A DNA stretch of 64,000 nucleotides from Paludibacteraceae bacterium (lineage in GTDB: Bacteria > Bacteroidota > Bacteroidia > Bacteroidales > Paludibacteraceae): positions 11,064 through 75,063 of the forward strand of contig JAKSKR010000003.1 of NCBI GenBank assembly GCA_024401645.1, read 5' to 3'. The notes under the pieces were generated by a model. The model saw only the letters and a program-made list of their open reading frames with translations. It was not told the origin of the DNA and ran no database searches. Positions 63,301 through 64,000 of this stretch are shown here, in pieces. The first letter of the stretch is position 1. The number at the start of each line of letters is the position of its first letter. Made by a program: the position numbers and the translations under genes.

Positions 63301-64000
63301 TATCTACTCAATCGAAGACTTGGCTCAGCTCATCTTCGACTTGAAGAACGTCAACCCTAAGGCTGCAATCTCTGTCAAGCTCGTTGCTGAAAGCGGTGTT
63401 GGTACAATTGCTGCCGGTGTGGCAAAGGCAAAAGGCGACCTTGTAATCATCTCTGGTGCAGAAGGTGGTACTGGTGCTTCTCCTGCTTCTTCAATGCGTT
63501 TCGCTGGTATCTCTCCTGAAATTGGTTTGAGCGAAACTCACCAGACTCTCGTCGAGAACAACCTTCGTGGTTACATCCGTGTTCAGGTCGACGGTCAGTT
63601 GAAGACCGGTCGCGACGTAGTCAGCATGGCACTCCTTGGTGCTGAAGAATACGGTTTCGGTACAGCTCCACTTATCGTATTGGGTTGCGTAATGATGCGT
63701 AAGTGTAACACCAACACTTGTCCTGTAGGTGTTGCAACACAAGATCCTAAGCTTCGCGAACGCTTCCGTGGTCACTACGAATATGTAGTTAACTACTTCC
63801 GCTTCGTTGCTGAAGAAGTTCGTGAATACTTGGCTGAAATGGGCTTCACTTCTTTGAAGGAAATCATCGGTCGTACCGACCTCATCGAAATCAAGCCTCG
63901 TAAGGAAGGTTCTAAGGCTGCAACTCTCGACTTCAGTCGTCTTTTGCACCGCGTAGAGAATGGCGCAGACATCTGCTGCACTACTGCTCAGAACCACGAA
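60353..64000 (+). CDS. gltB: Glutamate synthase large subunit (5' 1216 codons; continues beyond window end)
   Basis: My own + strand translation from ATG 60353 reads [31 protein letters not shown]...[19 protein letters not shown] (Ntn amidotransferase Cys) and later ...AMSFGAIS...GEGGE...[16 protein letters not shown]...[15 protein letters not shown]. It is open to position 64000. Confidence 0.95.
   Translation, partial: [1216 protein letters not shown]

Noticed and set aside
60470-63997. Long minus-strand ORFs (60470..61180, 61349..62986 of 545 aa, 63491..63997) opposite gltB
   Set aside because: The + strand encodes an unambiguous glutamate synthase large subunit across the whole interval. 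The antisense translations are low-complexity (V/L/T/D-rich) with no motifs, as is typical of shadow ORFs.

Overview
This 64-kb window looks like a chromosomal segment of a Bacteroidota genome, probably Bacteroidales and Prevotella-like. The taxon call rests on several TAnnTTTG-type -7 promoter boxes, the holB-PSP1-gldH gene order, a type III glutamine synthetase and a standalone MetH reactivation domain. I support about 60 protein-coding genes and 2 tRNAs (Ser-GCU, Leu-CAA). I saw no rRNA, CRISPR array, transposase or integrase.

Most of the content is housekeeping:
- Protein quality control and ribosome: ftsH, rsfS.
- Amino-acid and nucleotide metabolism: argH, aroC, pyrE, punA, dgt.
- Capsule export and dTDP-rhamnose synthesis: Wza-like exporter, Wzc-like BY-kinase, rfbA, rfbC, rfbD.
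- Replication-associated cluster: holB, a PSP1/RicT homologue, gldH.
- Phospholipid synthesis: cdsA, psd, pssA.
- Nitrogen assimilation: glnN and the 5' part of gltB.
- Others: lpxK, mltG, ubiE/menG, slyD, cstA.

The most unusual locus is a co-directional two-gene module on the minus strand at 55044-57825. The first gene fuses a type I restriction HsdS-like target-recognition domain to a histidine-kinase core. The second encodes a receiver-domain protein with an uncharacterised helical domain and a C-terminal beta-rich output. The module lies between two housekeeping genes (a MetH activation-domain gene and lpxK). It is bracketed by a 23-bp direct repeat (20/23 identical) that contains the stop codon of the gene on each side. 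A long imperfect palindromic element abuts it, and one arm of that element recurs upstream of an SF1 helicase gene at about 40.95 kb.

Other points worth a second look:
- A TrmB-polyprenyl synthase fusion ORF.
- An Arg/Asp-repeat tail on the PSP1 homologue.
- A tandem pair of paralogous membrane proteins behind an LD-carboxypeptidase.
- Motif-dense, T-rich intergenic regions next to glnN and gltB.

All functional calls come from reading motifs in the translations. No database search was run.
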